NCBI GenBank assembly: GCA_030651175.1
Contig: JAUSCR010000029.1
Span: forward strand, 1 to 44,605
Origin: Dehalococcoidia bacterium
GTDB lineage: Bacteria; Chloroflexota; Dehalococcoidia; Lucifugimonadales; SHYF01
DNA length: 44,605 bases
Reading direction: 5' to 3'
Position numbers and translations under genes: made by a program. Shown here one piece after another: positions 36,568 to 44,605 of this stretch. Every line of letters starts with the position of its first letter. The stretch's first letter is position 1. The notes below the pieces were generated by a model that worked only from the letters and a program-made list of their open reading frames with translations, had not been told where the DNA came from and did not search any database.

Positions 36568-37563
36568 ATGACCACCTACCGCGCCGCCGGCGTTGACCTG
36601 GACGCAGCGGCTCACGTCAAGGAACTGTTCAAGCCCCACGTGCGCTCCACCTTTGGCCCACAGGTGCTGGGCGACATTGGCTTCTTCGGCGGGCTGTTCC
36701 ACTTGCAGGGGTACCGCGACCCCGTGCTGGTGGCGACTACCGACGGCGTTGGCACCAAGGTGAAGCTGGCCATCTGGATGGACCGGTTCGACACCCTGGG
36801 CTACGACGTGGTCAACCAGAGTGTCAACGATGTCCTGGCCACAGGCGCTAGGCCCCTGTTCTTTCTGGACTACATCGCCGTGGAGACGCTGGTGCCCCAC
36901 CAGATGGAGGCCATCGTCAAGAGCATCGCCGAGGCGTGCCGCCAGGTGGGATGCGCGCTCCTGGGCGGCGAGACGGCCCAGATGCGCGGCGTCTACCTCC
37001 CAGGCACCTTTGACCTGGCGGGATTCATGGTAGGAGCGGCGGAGCGGGACAAGCTGCTGGACCCTTCCACCGTGCGGGAAGGGGATACCCTCTTGGCCCT
37101 GCCATCCAGCGGGCTGCACACCAACGGCTACTCCCTGGTGCGCGCCGCCTTCGGCCTGGAAGAGGACCAATCTTCGCTGAAGGCGTACCATCGGGAGCTG
37201 GGCCGCACCCTGGGTGAGGCGTTGCTGGAGCCGCACCGGGCCTACTGGCCGCTGCTAGAACCCGTGCTGCCCCTCATAAAGACCATGGCCCACATCACCG
37301 GCGGAGGCCTGTCTGACAACCTGGCGCGGGCCATGCCCAAGGGGCTGGCGGGCCACATAGACCGCGGCTCTTGGGAGGTGCCTGCGATTTTCCGTATAAT
37401 CCAGGAGCGAGGCGAGATACCAGACCAGGAGATGGAGCGCGTGTTCAATATGGGCGTGGGCATGGTGCTGATGTGTGCTCCGGAGCACGCCGCAGAGGTG
37501 CGACGCCTGCTCCCGCAGGCGTGGGTGGTGGGGGAGGTGGTAAGTGTGTCCGCCCATGTTTGA
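36568..37563 (+). CDS. purM: Phosphoribosylformylglycinamidine cyclo-ligase (AIR synthetase)
   Basis: 331 aa with TYRAAGVDLDAA, LVATTDGVGTKVKLA, GYDVVNQSVNDVLATGARPLFFLDY and GGETAQM. Confidence 0.95.
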   Translation: MTTYRAAGVDLDAAAHVKELFKPHVRSTFGPQVLGDIGFFGGLFHLQGYRDPVLVATTDGVGTKVKLAIWMDRFDTLGYDVVNQSVNDVLATGARPLFFLDYIAVETLVPHQMEAIVKSIAEACRQVGCALLGGETAQMRGVYLPGTFDLAGFMVGAAERDKLLDPSTVREGDTLLALPSSGLHTNGYSLVRAAFGLEEDQSSLKAYHRELGRTLGEALLEPHRAYWPLLEPVLPLIKTMAHITGGGLSDNLARAMPKGLAGHIDRGSWEVPAIFRIIQERGEIPDQEMERVFNMGVGMVLMCAPEHAAEVRRLLPQAWVVGEVVSVSAHV

Positions 37564-37591
37564 CACTGTAAGCTTGAGAAAGAGATAGGGA

Positions 37592-38467
37592 ATGCCAACT
37601 CATCCACTTGCCGAGGTTTTCGGGTTTCCCACTGACAACCTCTCGAGAGAGGCGGCCAGATACCGGAGGAGTAAACTTTGCCCGTTCAACAACAAGGTGC
37701 CAAACTGCACAAAGGACAAAGCTAACGATCCTCTCGGAGTATGTAGCATTTACGATGACGATGAGGTTGTAATCACCTGTCCGATCAGGTTTCGCCAGGA
37801 ATGGATCATTGCAGAAGATGCCGCCACTTTCCTCTTTCCTGCTGGGGCAACATGGACCTCGTTGACCGAAGTTCGGCTGAAGGACAAATACGGGAAGACT
37901 GCTGGCAACATTGACATTGTGTTGGTGGCCTACAACGATCAGGGGCGAGTTGTTGACTTCGGCGCGCTTGAAATACAAGGTGTCTACATTACTGGCAATG
38001 TACGCCGTCCTTTCCAGCACTACATGGAGGATCCAGCTAGACGTAGTAACATGGATTGGACGCAGCAAACAAACTACCCGCGCCCAGACTATCTTTCATC
38101 GTCTCGAAAGCGGCTCGCTCCGCAGTTGATCTACAAGGGGGGCATCCTCAACGCATGGAACAAGAAAATAGCAGTGGCGCTCAATAGAGGATTTTACGAC
38201 ACCCTTCCGGTACTAGAAGAAACTGATGAAGCAGGGGCGGATATAGCCTGGCTAATCTATGACTTGAGACGAGACGGCAGACAAAACAGATACCTACTCC
38301 ACCACCACAAAACAGTTTACACTCAGTTTGAAGCTTCTCTCAACCTGATCACCAGATCGGAACCAGGAGAACAGCAAGACTTTATCGATCAGCTTCAGAA
38401 TAAGCTTGATGATAAGCTAGAAGGCGAAAATCCCCCAGATGCACCAACGATAGACATCCTTCTATAG
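37592..38467 (+). CDS. NotI-family (PD-(D/E)xK fold, N-terminal Cys4 metal site) type II restriction endonuclease
   Basis: 291 aa. LAEVFGFP...CPFNNKVPNCTKDKANDPLGVCSIYDDDEVVITCPIRF gives four Cys in the NotI-like arrangement. Nuclease core NIDIVLV...FGALEIQGVY. Markedly lower GC than the flanks and adjacent to a methylase. Confidence 0.65.
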   Translation: MPTHPLAEVFGFPTDNLSREAARYRRSKLCPFNNKVPNCTKDKANDPLGVCSIYDDDEVVITCPIRFRQEWIIAEDAATFLFPAGATWTSLTEVRLKDKYGKTAGNIDIVLVAYNDQGRVVDFGALEIQGVYITGNVRRPFQHYMEDPARRSNMDWTQQTNYPRPDYLSSSRKRLAPQLIYKGGILNAWNKKIAVALNRGFYDTLPVLEETDEAGADIAWLIYDLRRDGRQNRYLLHHHKTVYTQFEASLNLITRSEPGEQQDFIDQLQNKLDDKLEGENPPDAPTIDILL

Positions 38468-38478
38468 GCTATAAATCA

Positions 38479-39384
38479 ATGGTTCAACTATCTCTTCCCA
38501 GTTACCAAGAAAACGAAAGCATTGTGAACGTGGCCTCTGTGCCACAGCGCAGTCCATTCCGCTATCCAGGCGGCAAAACTTGGCTAGTTCCACATATCCG
38601 AAAATGGCTTATCAGCCGCCCGACCAAACCAAGCGAACTGATAGAACCTTTTGCTGGCGGCGCTATTGTTGGTCTGACAGTCGCCTTTGAAAACCTAGCC
38701 CAGGTGGTCACTCTGGTAGAGTTGGATGATGAGGTAGCAGCTCTGTGGAAAACTATTCTCGCAGGCGACGTAGAATGGTTGACCCATAGGATCACCACGT
38801 TTGATGTCAATCCAGAATCCGTCCAGGTAGAGTTGGTCAAGACCAACCTTGATAAGAAAGATAAAGCCTTCCAAACACTTCTACGAAACAGGGTCAACCA
38901 CGGCGGAATCATGGCTCCTGGAAGCGGAGTTATCAAATACGGAGAAAACGGGAAAGGAATAAAGTCGCGCTGGTATCCTGACACATTGAAAAAGCGCATT
39001 CTCCGAATAGTAGCCATCAAGGACAGGATACGGTTTATCGAAGGCGATGGGCTGGAGGTGTTGAAGGAGAATGCACAACGCTCGGATGCCGTGTTTTTCA
39101 TAGATCCTCCTTATACTGCGGCGGGCAAGAAAGCGGGGACACGACTCTATCGGCACCACAAACTAGACCACGAAGAGTTATTCAGAATCGCCGAAACACT
39201 CACTGGTGACTTTTTGATGACCTACGATAATACGGAAGATGTGCAGATATTAGCCCAGCGGCATGGCTTCGATACGCGGGCGATTCCAATGAAGAACACA
39301 CACCATGCAAAGATGACCGAGCTTCTCATAAGTCGTAATCTGGACTGGGCACGAGAGGAGTTTTCCGTTGAAAGCACTAATTAG
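38479..39384 (+). CDS. Dam-like (D12 class, alpha group) N6-adenine DNA methyltransferase
   Basis: 301 aa with FRYPGGKTWL (motif X-like), EPFAGGAIVGL (SAM-binding FxGxG) and the catalytic FFIDPPY. Lower GC. The last 17 nt overlap the purH start. Confidence 0.8.
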   Translation: MVQLSLPSYQENESIVNVASVPQRSPFRYPGGKTWLVPHIRKWLISRPTKPSELIEPFAGGAIVGLTVAFENLAQVVTLVELDDEVAALWKTILAGDVEWLTHRITTFDVNPESVQVELVKTNLDKKDKAFQTLLRNRVNHGGIMAPGSGVIKYGENGKGIKSRWYPDTLKKRILRIVAIKDRIRFIEGDGLEVLKENAQRSDAVFFIDPPYTAAGKKAGTRLYRHHKLDHEELFRIAETLTGDFLMTYDNTEDVQILAQRHGFDTRAIPMKNTHHAKMTELLISRNLDWAREEFSVESTN

Positions 39385-40894
39385 CGTCTACGACAAGACC
39401 GGCGTTGTGGAGTTCGCGCGGGGCCTGGTCGGCCTGGGCTACGAGCTGGTAAGTACAGGCGGCACCTACAGCGAACTTGCCAAGGCCAAGCTGTCCGTCC
39501 AGCAGGTGTCCGACCTCACCGGCTTCCCGGAGATCATGGGTGGACGGGTCAAGACACTCCACCCCAAAATCCACGGTGGCATCCTGGCACGGCGTGAGAA
39601 CGTGGGAGACCGCGCAGAGCTGACCAAGCACGGAATAGACACCATTGACCTGGTGGCAGGCAACCTGTACCCCTTCCGGGAGACGGTTCGCAAGGCTGGC
39701 GTCACCCTGGAAGATGCCCTGGAAAACATTGACATTGGCGGCCCCAGCTTCATACGAGCGGCGGCCAAGAACTTCCCCCACGTTGTGGTCGTGGTGGAAC
39801 CCGCGGACTATTCGTCGGTAGTGGAGAGACTGCGCGCCGGCTCACTGAGCATGAATGACCGCCAGCGCCTGGCCCGCAAGGCATTCCAGCACGTGGCCCT
39901 CTACGACACTGCCATCGCCCACTACCTATCCAGCGCCGAGACCTCGGTATTCCCGCAAGAGTTGACCTTCGGCCTGGAGAAGCTGTACGAGACCCGCTAC
40001 GGCGAGAACCCGCACCAGAAGGGCGCCCTCTACGCCCCGGTGACCGGCGCGTGGGGCATGACCGCTGCCCGGCAGCTCCAGGGACAGGAGATGTCATTCA
40101 ACAACTGGGTGGATGCCAGCGCCGCCTGGGCCGCTGTCCAGGAGTTCAAGGAACCAGCCGTCGCCGTCATCAAGCACACCAACCCCTGCGGCCTGGCCAT
40201 ACACCAGGACATAGCTGAGGCCTATCGCCGCGCCTACCAGGGCGACCCAGTATCCGCCTATGGTGGCATCGTCTCCTTCAACAGGACGGTCACGGAAGAG
40301 GCGGCGAAGGCTCTGTCACCGATCTTTTATGAGGTGGTGATAGCGCCAGACTTCCAGGCCGAGGCGCTGGCTGTGCTCAAGCGAAAGCGCAACCTGCGAG
40401 TGCTGGCTGTCCCCGATGTCCAACGCCTGCCCGGGACCCGACTGGATGTCCGGCAGGTCGTGGGCGGCCTCCTGGTGCAGACCCCCGACGAGCTTGAGGA
40501 AAACCCTGCCGCCTGGAAGGTTGTGACGGAACGCCATCCCACACCACAGCAGTTAGAGGACATGGCCTTTGCCTGGAAGGTCTGCAAACACGTGAAGTCC
40601 AACGCCATCGTCATTGCCAGGGACAATAGGCTGCTGGGCATGGGCGCGGGCCAGCCCAACCGGGTGACCAGCGTGCGGCTGGCGGCCCAGGCAGCCGGGG
40701 AACATGCGCAGGGTGCAGTGCTGGCCTCGGACGCCATGTTCCCATTCGCCGACAACGTGGAGGCCGCAGCAGCCGCGGGCGTCAGCGCTGTGGTCCAGCC
40801 TGGCGGCTCCATACGGGACGAAGAGGTCATAGCCGCCGCCGACAAGCTGGGGCTGGCAATGGTGTTCACCGGGGTGCGGCATTTCAGGCATTAG
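39368..40894 (+). CDS. purH: Bifunctional AICAR transformylase / IMP cyclohydrolase
   Basis: 508 aa with KALISVYDKTGVVEFARGL, GGRVKTLHPKIHGGIL, IDLVAGNLYPF, HTNPCG and GMGAGQPNRV. TTG start preceded by GAGAGGAG. Confidence 0.95.
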   Translation: MKALISVYDKTGVVEFARGLVGLGYELVSTGGTYSELAKAKLSVQQVSDLTGFPEIMGGRVKTLHPKIHGGILARRENVGDRAELTKHGIDTIDLVAGNLYPFRETVRKAGVTLEDALENIDIGGPSFIRAAAKNFPHVVVVVEPADYSSVVERLRAGSLSMNDRQRLARKAFQHVALYDTAIAHYLSSAETSVFPQELTFGLEKLYETRYGENPHQKGALYAPVTGAWGMTAARQLQGQEMSFNNWVDASAAWAAVQEFKEPAVAVIKHTNPCGLAIHQDIAEAYRRAYQGDPVSAYGGIVSFNRTVTEEAAKALSPIFYEVVIAPDFQAEALAVLKRKRNLRVLAVPDVQRLPGTRLDVRQVVGGLLVQTPDELEENPAAWKVVTERHPTPQQLEDMAFAWKVCKHVKSNAIVIARDNRLLGMGAGQPNRVTSVRLAAQAAGEHAQGAVLASDAMFPFADNVEAAAAAGVSAVVQPGGSIRDEEVIAAADKLGLAMVFTGVRHFRH

Positions 40895-40985
40895 GGCAAG
40901 AGGGCCGAAGGCTGATGTTCTTGGGGTTCTAATCCTGACGGAGCACGACGCGAGCGGCCCACCAATTCATACTTAGGAGCGTGTT

Positions 40986-41378
40986 ATGACCAAGCAGTTC
41001 ATCAACCCTGACTCCCTTTCCCGGCCCGCGGGCTACACCCACGTGGTGAAGGCGGGCAACCTTGTGTTCATAGCCGGGCAGGTGGGAGTGGACGGGAACG
41101 GTAGCGTGGCAGGCGGAGACGTGCTGGCCCAGGCCCGGCAGGTGCTGGCCAATCTGGATGCGGCCATAAAGGCGGCAGGAGGCTCCAAGAAAGACATAAT
41201 GTCCATCACCATGTACGTGGTGGACACGGTGAGCCGGGACCAGATGCCCGCCCTGCGTGCGATGCGGGGCGAGTTCTTCGGCGACAGGCCGCCTGCATCT
41301 ACCCTGGTATTCGTGTCAGGCCTGGCCCGCCCGGAGCTGCTGATAGAGATCGAGGCCAGGGCGGTGGTGGGGGAGTAG
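40986..41378 (+). CDS. ridA: RidA/YjgF/UK114-family reactive-intermediate deaminase
   Basis: 130 aa with GNLVFIAGQVGVD, QARQVLANLDAAIKAAG and PASTLVFVSGLARPELLIEIEA. Confidence 0.85.
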   Translation: MTKQFINPDSLSRPAGYTHVVKAGNLVFIAGQVGVDGNGSVAGGDVLAQARQVLANLDAAIKAAGGSKKDIMSITMYVVDTVSRDQMPALRAMRGEFFGDRPPASTLVFVSGLARPELLIEIEARAVVGE

Positions 41379-41384
41379 ACCTCG

Positions 41385-41515
41385 CTTATGCGGTTCGACA
41401 GGCTCAGAGCTTGTGAACAAGTCCTGGACTCGGCTTGCGAGGAAACCCCACCCCAGATTGCCACGCCCCGATGAATCGGGGCTCGCAATGACGGTTCCCT
41501 CACAAGCTCTCACCA
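41385..41515. repeat. Cluster of family-B/C/D hairpin modules
   Basis: TTCGACAGGCTCAG (as at 2257); AGCTTGTGAA...TCACAAGCT outer inverted repeat; GCCCCGATGAATCGGGGC hairpin (compare GTCCCGATGTATCGGGAC at 9051-9068); CTCGCAATGAC (reverse complement of the 12122 module). Confidence 0.7.
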
Positions 41516-41530
41516 TGAGTGGGAAGTAAC

Positions 41531-42418
41531 ATGACCACGCCGCTGCCGCAAGCCAAAGGTTCCGGTCCCATAGCCAAGCTGCGTCTGCTGCTGGCCTCAA
41601 TACGCTTCGAACACTCCTTATTCGCTCTGCCCTTCGCCTACATGGGCATGGTGCTGGCGGCAAGGGGCCTGCCCACATGGTGGCAGCTTCTGTGGATCAC
41701 CGTGGCTATGGTGGCGGCCCGCACCCTGGCCATGAGCGCCAACCGAGTCATAGACATTCGACAGGACCGGCTGAACCCTCGCACAGCATCCCGCGCGCTG
41801 GTCACAGGCGCTCTGAATAGGAAGGAGATGGTGGCCATGGCCACCGTATCTCTGGCGGTCTTTGTTATTGCCGCGGGCATGCTGAACACCCTGGCCCTGG
41901 CGCTGGCGCCGGTGGCCGCTGTGGCGGTGGTGGGCTACTCCTACGTGAAGCGGTTTACCTGGCTTACCCATTTTGCCCTGGGCTGGGCCGATGCCATAGC
42001 CCCTGCCGGGGGATGGATAGGCGTCAGCGGCACATTGCCTTTGGAGGGAGTGGTGCTGGCCTTCGCCGTGGCCATGTGGGTGGGCGGGTTCGACCTTTTC
42101 TACGCCTGCCAGGACATCGAGTTCGACCGTACTCATGGAGTCCACTCCATTCCGCGGCGGTTCGGGCCTGGAATGGCCTTCTGGGTGGCCCGGGCCATGC
42201 ACCTGGCCACATCTCTGTCGCTGCTGGCCCTGGGGCTGTGGATGGGACTTGGCTTCCCCTACTACGTAGGCTGGGCGCTGGCTTCTGCGCTGCTTATCTA
42301 CGAGCACACCATCATATCGCCCAGAGACCTCTCCCGGTTGAACACCGCCTTTTTCAATGTCAATGGGTACATCGGAGTGGTGGTGTTAGCGTTTGCCCTG
42401 GTGGCTCTGTACGTATAG
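41531..42418 (+). CDS. UbiA-family aromatic prenyltransferase (4-hydroxybenzoate / naphthoate polyprenyltransferase-like)
   Basis: Multi-TM protein with the NRVIDIRQDRLNPRT (NxxxDxxxD) motif and a second Asp-rich motif, YACQDIEFD. ATG 41531 is preferred over the GTG at 41519. Confidence 0.8.
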   Translation: MTTPLPQAKGSGPIAKLRLLLASIRFEHSLFALPFAYMGMVLAARGLPTWWQLLWITVAMVAARTLAMSANRVIDIRQDRLNPRTASRALVTGALNRKEMVAMATVSLAVFVIAAGMLNTLALALAPVAAVAVVGYSYVKRFTWLTHFALGWADAIAPAGGWIGVSGTLPLEGVVLAFAVAMWVGGFDLFYACQDIEFDRTHGVHSIPRRFGPGMAFWVARAMHLATSLSLLALGLWMGLGFPYYVGWALASALLIYEHTIISPRDLSRLNTAFFNVNGYIGVVVLAFALVALYV

Positions 42419-42484
42419 CTGGAAACGGGCCAAGCCGGGACTTCTGGTATACTAACCCTCACTATCCTGGAGTAGCTGCGGCTT

Positions 42485-43177
42485 ATGTACAACGTTTTGC
42501 TGATAACTGCCGAAAGAGAGCCCAATGCTGCGCTCCTTCAGAGGCTGGCGGAGGAGGAAATCTCTTATACCCTTGCCTCCAACATGGAATCGCTGCCAGA
42601 CACCGGTCCTGCTAGCTCCCTGGACGCGGTCTTAGTAGACCTGGGTACGGACGATCGGAGTACGCTGCTTCCAGCGGCGGAGCGATGCCAGGGGCTTCAC
42701 CTGCCCCTACTTTGCGGCCTACCAGTTGACCGCCTGGCCAAGTACACCACCTCCTGGGGCGCTGCCGACTTCTTTGTTGTGCCTCCTGTCGCGGGCGAAG
42801 TTACCGCCAGGATCCGGCAGGCCAGACAACGCGCCAGCCCGGATGTGGTAGAGGAGGGAGAGAACATTGAGGCGGGGGACTTGCGCATCAACCTGGACAG
42901 GTACGAGGTGTTCAACCGAGGGAAAAAGGTTCTCTTGACATTCAAAGAGTACCAGCTCCTCTGCACCCTGGCCTCCAACCCTGGGCGTGTCTTTACCAGA
43001 GAGCAACTGCTGAACCAGATATGGGAGTACGACTACTTTGGGGGCACCCGTACGGTGGATGTCCACGTAAGGCGGTTGCGTAGCAAGATTGAAGACACCG
43101 GCCTGACCTACATTGAGACTGTGTGGAACGTAGGGTATCGGTTCCGTCCCCAGGATGCGCCAGCCCGGCAGGCATAG
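42485..43177 (+). CDS. Orphan OmpR/PhoB-family response regulator with an atypical receiver domain (GlnR-like)
   Basis: The C-terminal winged helix (LTFKEYQLLCTLASNPGRVFTREQLLNQIWEYDYFGGTRTVDVHVRRLRSKIE...VWNVGYRF) closely resembles, as recalled from memory, actinobacterial GlnR. The receiver lacks the N-terminal acidic pair (LLITAERE). It has V where the conserved Lys is expected (ADFFVVPP). No histidine kinase is adjacent. Confidence 0.65.
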   Translation: MYNVLLITAEREPNAALLQRLAEEEISYTLASNMESLPDTGPASSLDAVLVDLGTDDRSTLLPAAERCQGLHLPLLCGLPVDRLAKYTTSWGAADFFVVPPVAGEVTARIRQARQRASPDVVEEGENIEAGDLRINLDRYEVFNRGKKVLLTFKEYQLLCTLASNPGRVFTREQLLNQIWEYDYFGGTRTVDVHVRRLRSKIEDTGLTYIETVWNVGYRFRPQDAPARQA

Positions 43178-43209
43178 CCCGGCCAGGCTCCGCACCTATT
43201 GTGATTCTT

Positions 43210-43247
43210 GTAACAAGTAGTTAACCTCTCCGCAACATGCCGGTAAC
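43210..43247 (+). promoter_or_regulatory. Four 11-bp-phased pentamer direct repeats (GTAAC / TTAAC / GCAAC / GTAAC) upstream of amt; candidate response-regulator binding array
   Basis: GTAAC 43210-43214, n6, TTAAC 43221-43225, n6, GCAAC 43232-43236, n6, GTAAC 43243-43247. Lies in the 160-nt gap between the regulator and amt. Confidence 0.45.
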
Positions 43248-43337
43248 ACTTGGCATTCAAACTAACCCCCATACCATATTCATGGACTGGGAAACGGGAG
43301 GTAGCTATGCTTACCTGTTACCAGAAGGGAGTGAGAT

Positions 43338-44605
43338 ATGATTGACACCGGCGACAATGCTTGGATTCTGACTTCGTCGGCGATGGTGCTCTTGATGACG
43401 CCTGGCCTAGCCTTTTTCTACGCTGGGCTGGCAGGACGCACCAACGTCGTGGCCACCATCATGCACAGCTTCATAATAGTGGCGCTGATAAGCGTTGTGT
43501 GGGTCTTGTGGGGATACAGCCTGGCCTTTGGGCCGGACCTCGGCCACATTATCGGCAACTTTAGCTGGTTCGGCCTGAAAGACGTGGGCGTAGACCCCAA
43601 CACCGACTACGCTGGCACCATCCCTCATCTTACATTCATGTCCTTCCAGATGATGTTCGCAATCATCACACCTGCCCTGGTCACCGGCGCGCTGGTGGGA
43701 CGGCTCAAGTTCAGGACATTCCTGGTGTTCATTGTCCTTTGGTCAACGTTGGTATATGTACCCATAGCCCACTGGGTCTGGGGAATCGGTGGCTGGCTGG
43801 GCAACTTGAACCTCATTGGGCTTGGAGTCGACCCGGCAAACATACCGGCGGGCTACGCCAACAAGGCACTGGACTACGCCGGCGGCACAGTTGTCCACAT
43901 TAGCTCTGGTGTCAGCGCCCTGGCTGCGGCCCTGGTGTTGGGGAAGCGGCGCAGCTTTGGGCAAGAGCCGGATGTGCCGCACAACATCCCCTTTGTGGTG
44001 TTGGGTGTGGGCCTTCTCTGGTTCGGTTGGTTCGGCTTCAACGCTGGCAGCGCGCTGGCCGCCAATGGCGCTGCCGCCAACGCCTTCGTCACCACCAATA
44101 CTGCCGCTGCTGCCGCTGCTCTTGCATGGATGACCATGAGCTGGTGGCGGGGGGGTGCCCCCAGCCTGGTTGGGGCCGCCTCCGGCGCCGTGGTAGGCCT
44201 GGTGGCCATTACCCCCGCCGCCGGGTGGGTATCGCCAATGTCTGCCATTCTCATCGGCATAGGAGCGGGGGTATTCTGCTACCTGGCTGCCCGGCTGCGC
44301 CAACGGGCGAAAGTGGACGATTCTCTGGATGTGTGGGCGTGTCACGGTGTCGGTGGAACATGGGGCGCTCTGGCCACGGGCCTGTTTGCAACCGCGGCCG
44401 TAGGTGGAGTGAATGGCCTTTTCTACGGGAACCCCGGCCAGTTGGTGAACCAGATTGTGGCCGTGTTAGCTAGCTGGGTCTGGGCCTTTGTGGTAACCTT
44501 CATCATTCTCAAAGTATTGGACAAGACAATGGGGCTTCGCGTTTCAGAGCAGCAAGAGGCTGTGGGGCTGGACATCAGCCAGCACGGCGAACCGGCCTAC
44601 ACACC
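43338..44605 (+). CDS. amt: Ammonium transporter (Amt family), 3' end outside the window
   Basis: Hand-translated; absent from the ORF track because no stop is reached. N-terminus MIDTGDNAWILTSSAMVLLMTPGLAFFYAGL... Near the end: ...DDSLDVWACHGVGGTWGALATGLFA...GLRVSEQQEAVGLDISQHGEPAY. GGGAGTGAG RBS. Confidence 0.9.
   Translation, partial: MIDTGDNAWILTSSAMVLLMTPGLAFFYAGLAGRTNVVATIMHSFIIVALISVVWVLWGYSLAFGPDLGHIIGNFSWFGLKDVGVDPNTDYAGTIPHLTFMSFQMMFAIITPALVTGALVGRLKFRTFLVFIVLWSTLVYVPIAHWVWGIGGWLGNLNLIGLGVDPANIPAGYANKALDYAGGTVVHISSGVSALAAALVLGKRRSFGQEPDVPHNIPFVVLGVGLLWFGWFGFNAGSALAANGAAANAFVTTNTAAAAAALAWMTMSWWRGGAPSLVGAASGAVVGLVAITPAAGWVSPMSAILIGIGAGVFCYLAARLRQRAKVDDSLDVWACHGVGGTWGALATGLFATAAVGGVNGLFYGNPGQLVNQIVAVLASWVWAFVVTFIILKVLDKTMGLRVSEQQEAVGLDISQHGEPAYT

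Overview
High-GC (about 60-65% by eye) bacterial chromosomal window, densely coding and mostly housekeeping. The taxon guess is Chloroflexota-like, at low confidence.

Gene content, left to right:
- A soluble NuoE/NuoF/NuoG-like (formate-dehydrogenase-like) flavoprotein cluster with an FNR-type reductase.
- meaB, a PEP-mutase-family gene, mtaB, aspS and tig-clpP-clpX.
- A solitary 23S rRNA gene followed by an initiator tRNA. No 16S or 5S rRNA gene is linked to it.
- One ComD-like and two ComE-like TPP-decarboxylase subunit genes, then htrA.
- The rpmH-rnpA-yidD-(PQQ propeller lipoprotein)-yidC-jag cluster, then tlyA.
- A purF-purM-purH cluster interrupted twice: by a vapBC toxin-antitoxin pair, and by a lower-GC type II restriction-modification cassette (NotI-fold endonuclease plus Dam-like methylase).
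- ridA, a UbiA-family prenyltransferase, a GlnR-like orphan response regulator and a partial ammonium transporter.

The main unexplained structure is a set of short modular palindromic repeats that fill nearly every longer intergenic gap:
- An 11-copy three-hairpin composite element (family A) always lies just downstream of a gene end and is almost always co-oriented with that gene.
- Variant copies keep the hairpins through compensatory stem changes.
- Other hairpin modules are nested inside some copies.
- One repeat module is inserted in frame inside mtaB.

No transposase, integrase or CRISPR array is present. Many long ORFs in the six-frame track are antisense shadows of real genes or read-through of repeats or rRNA.
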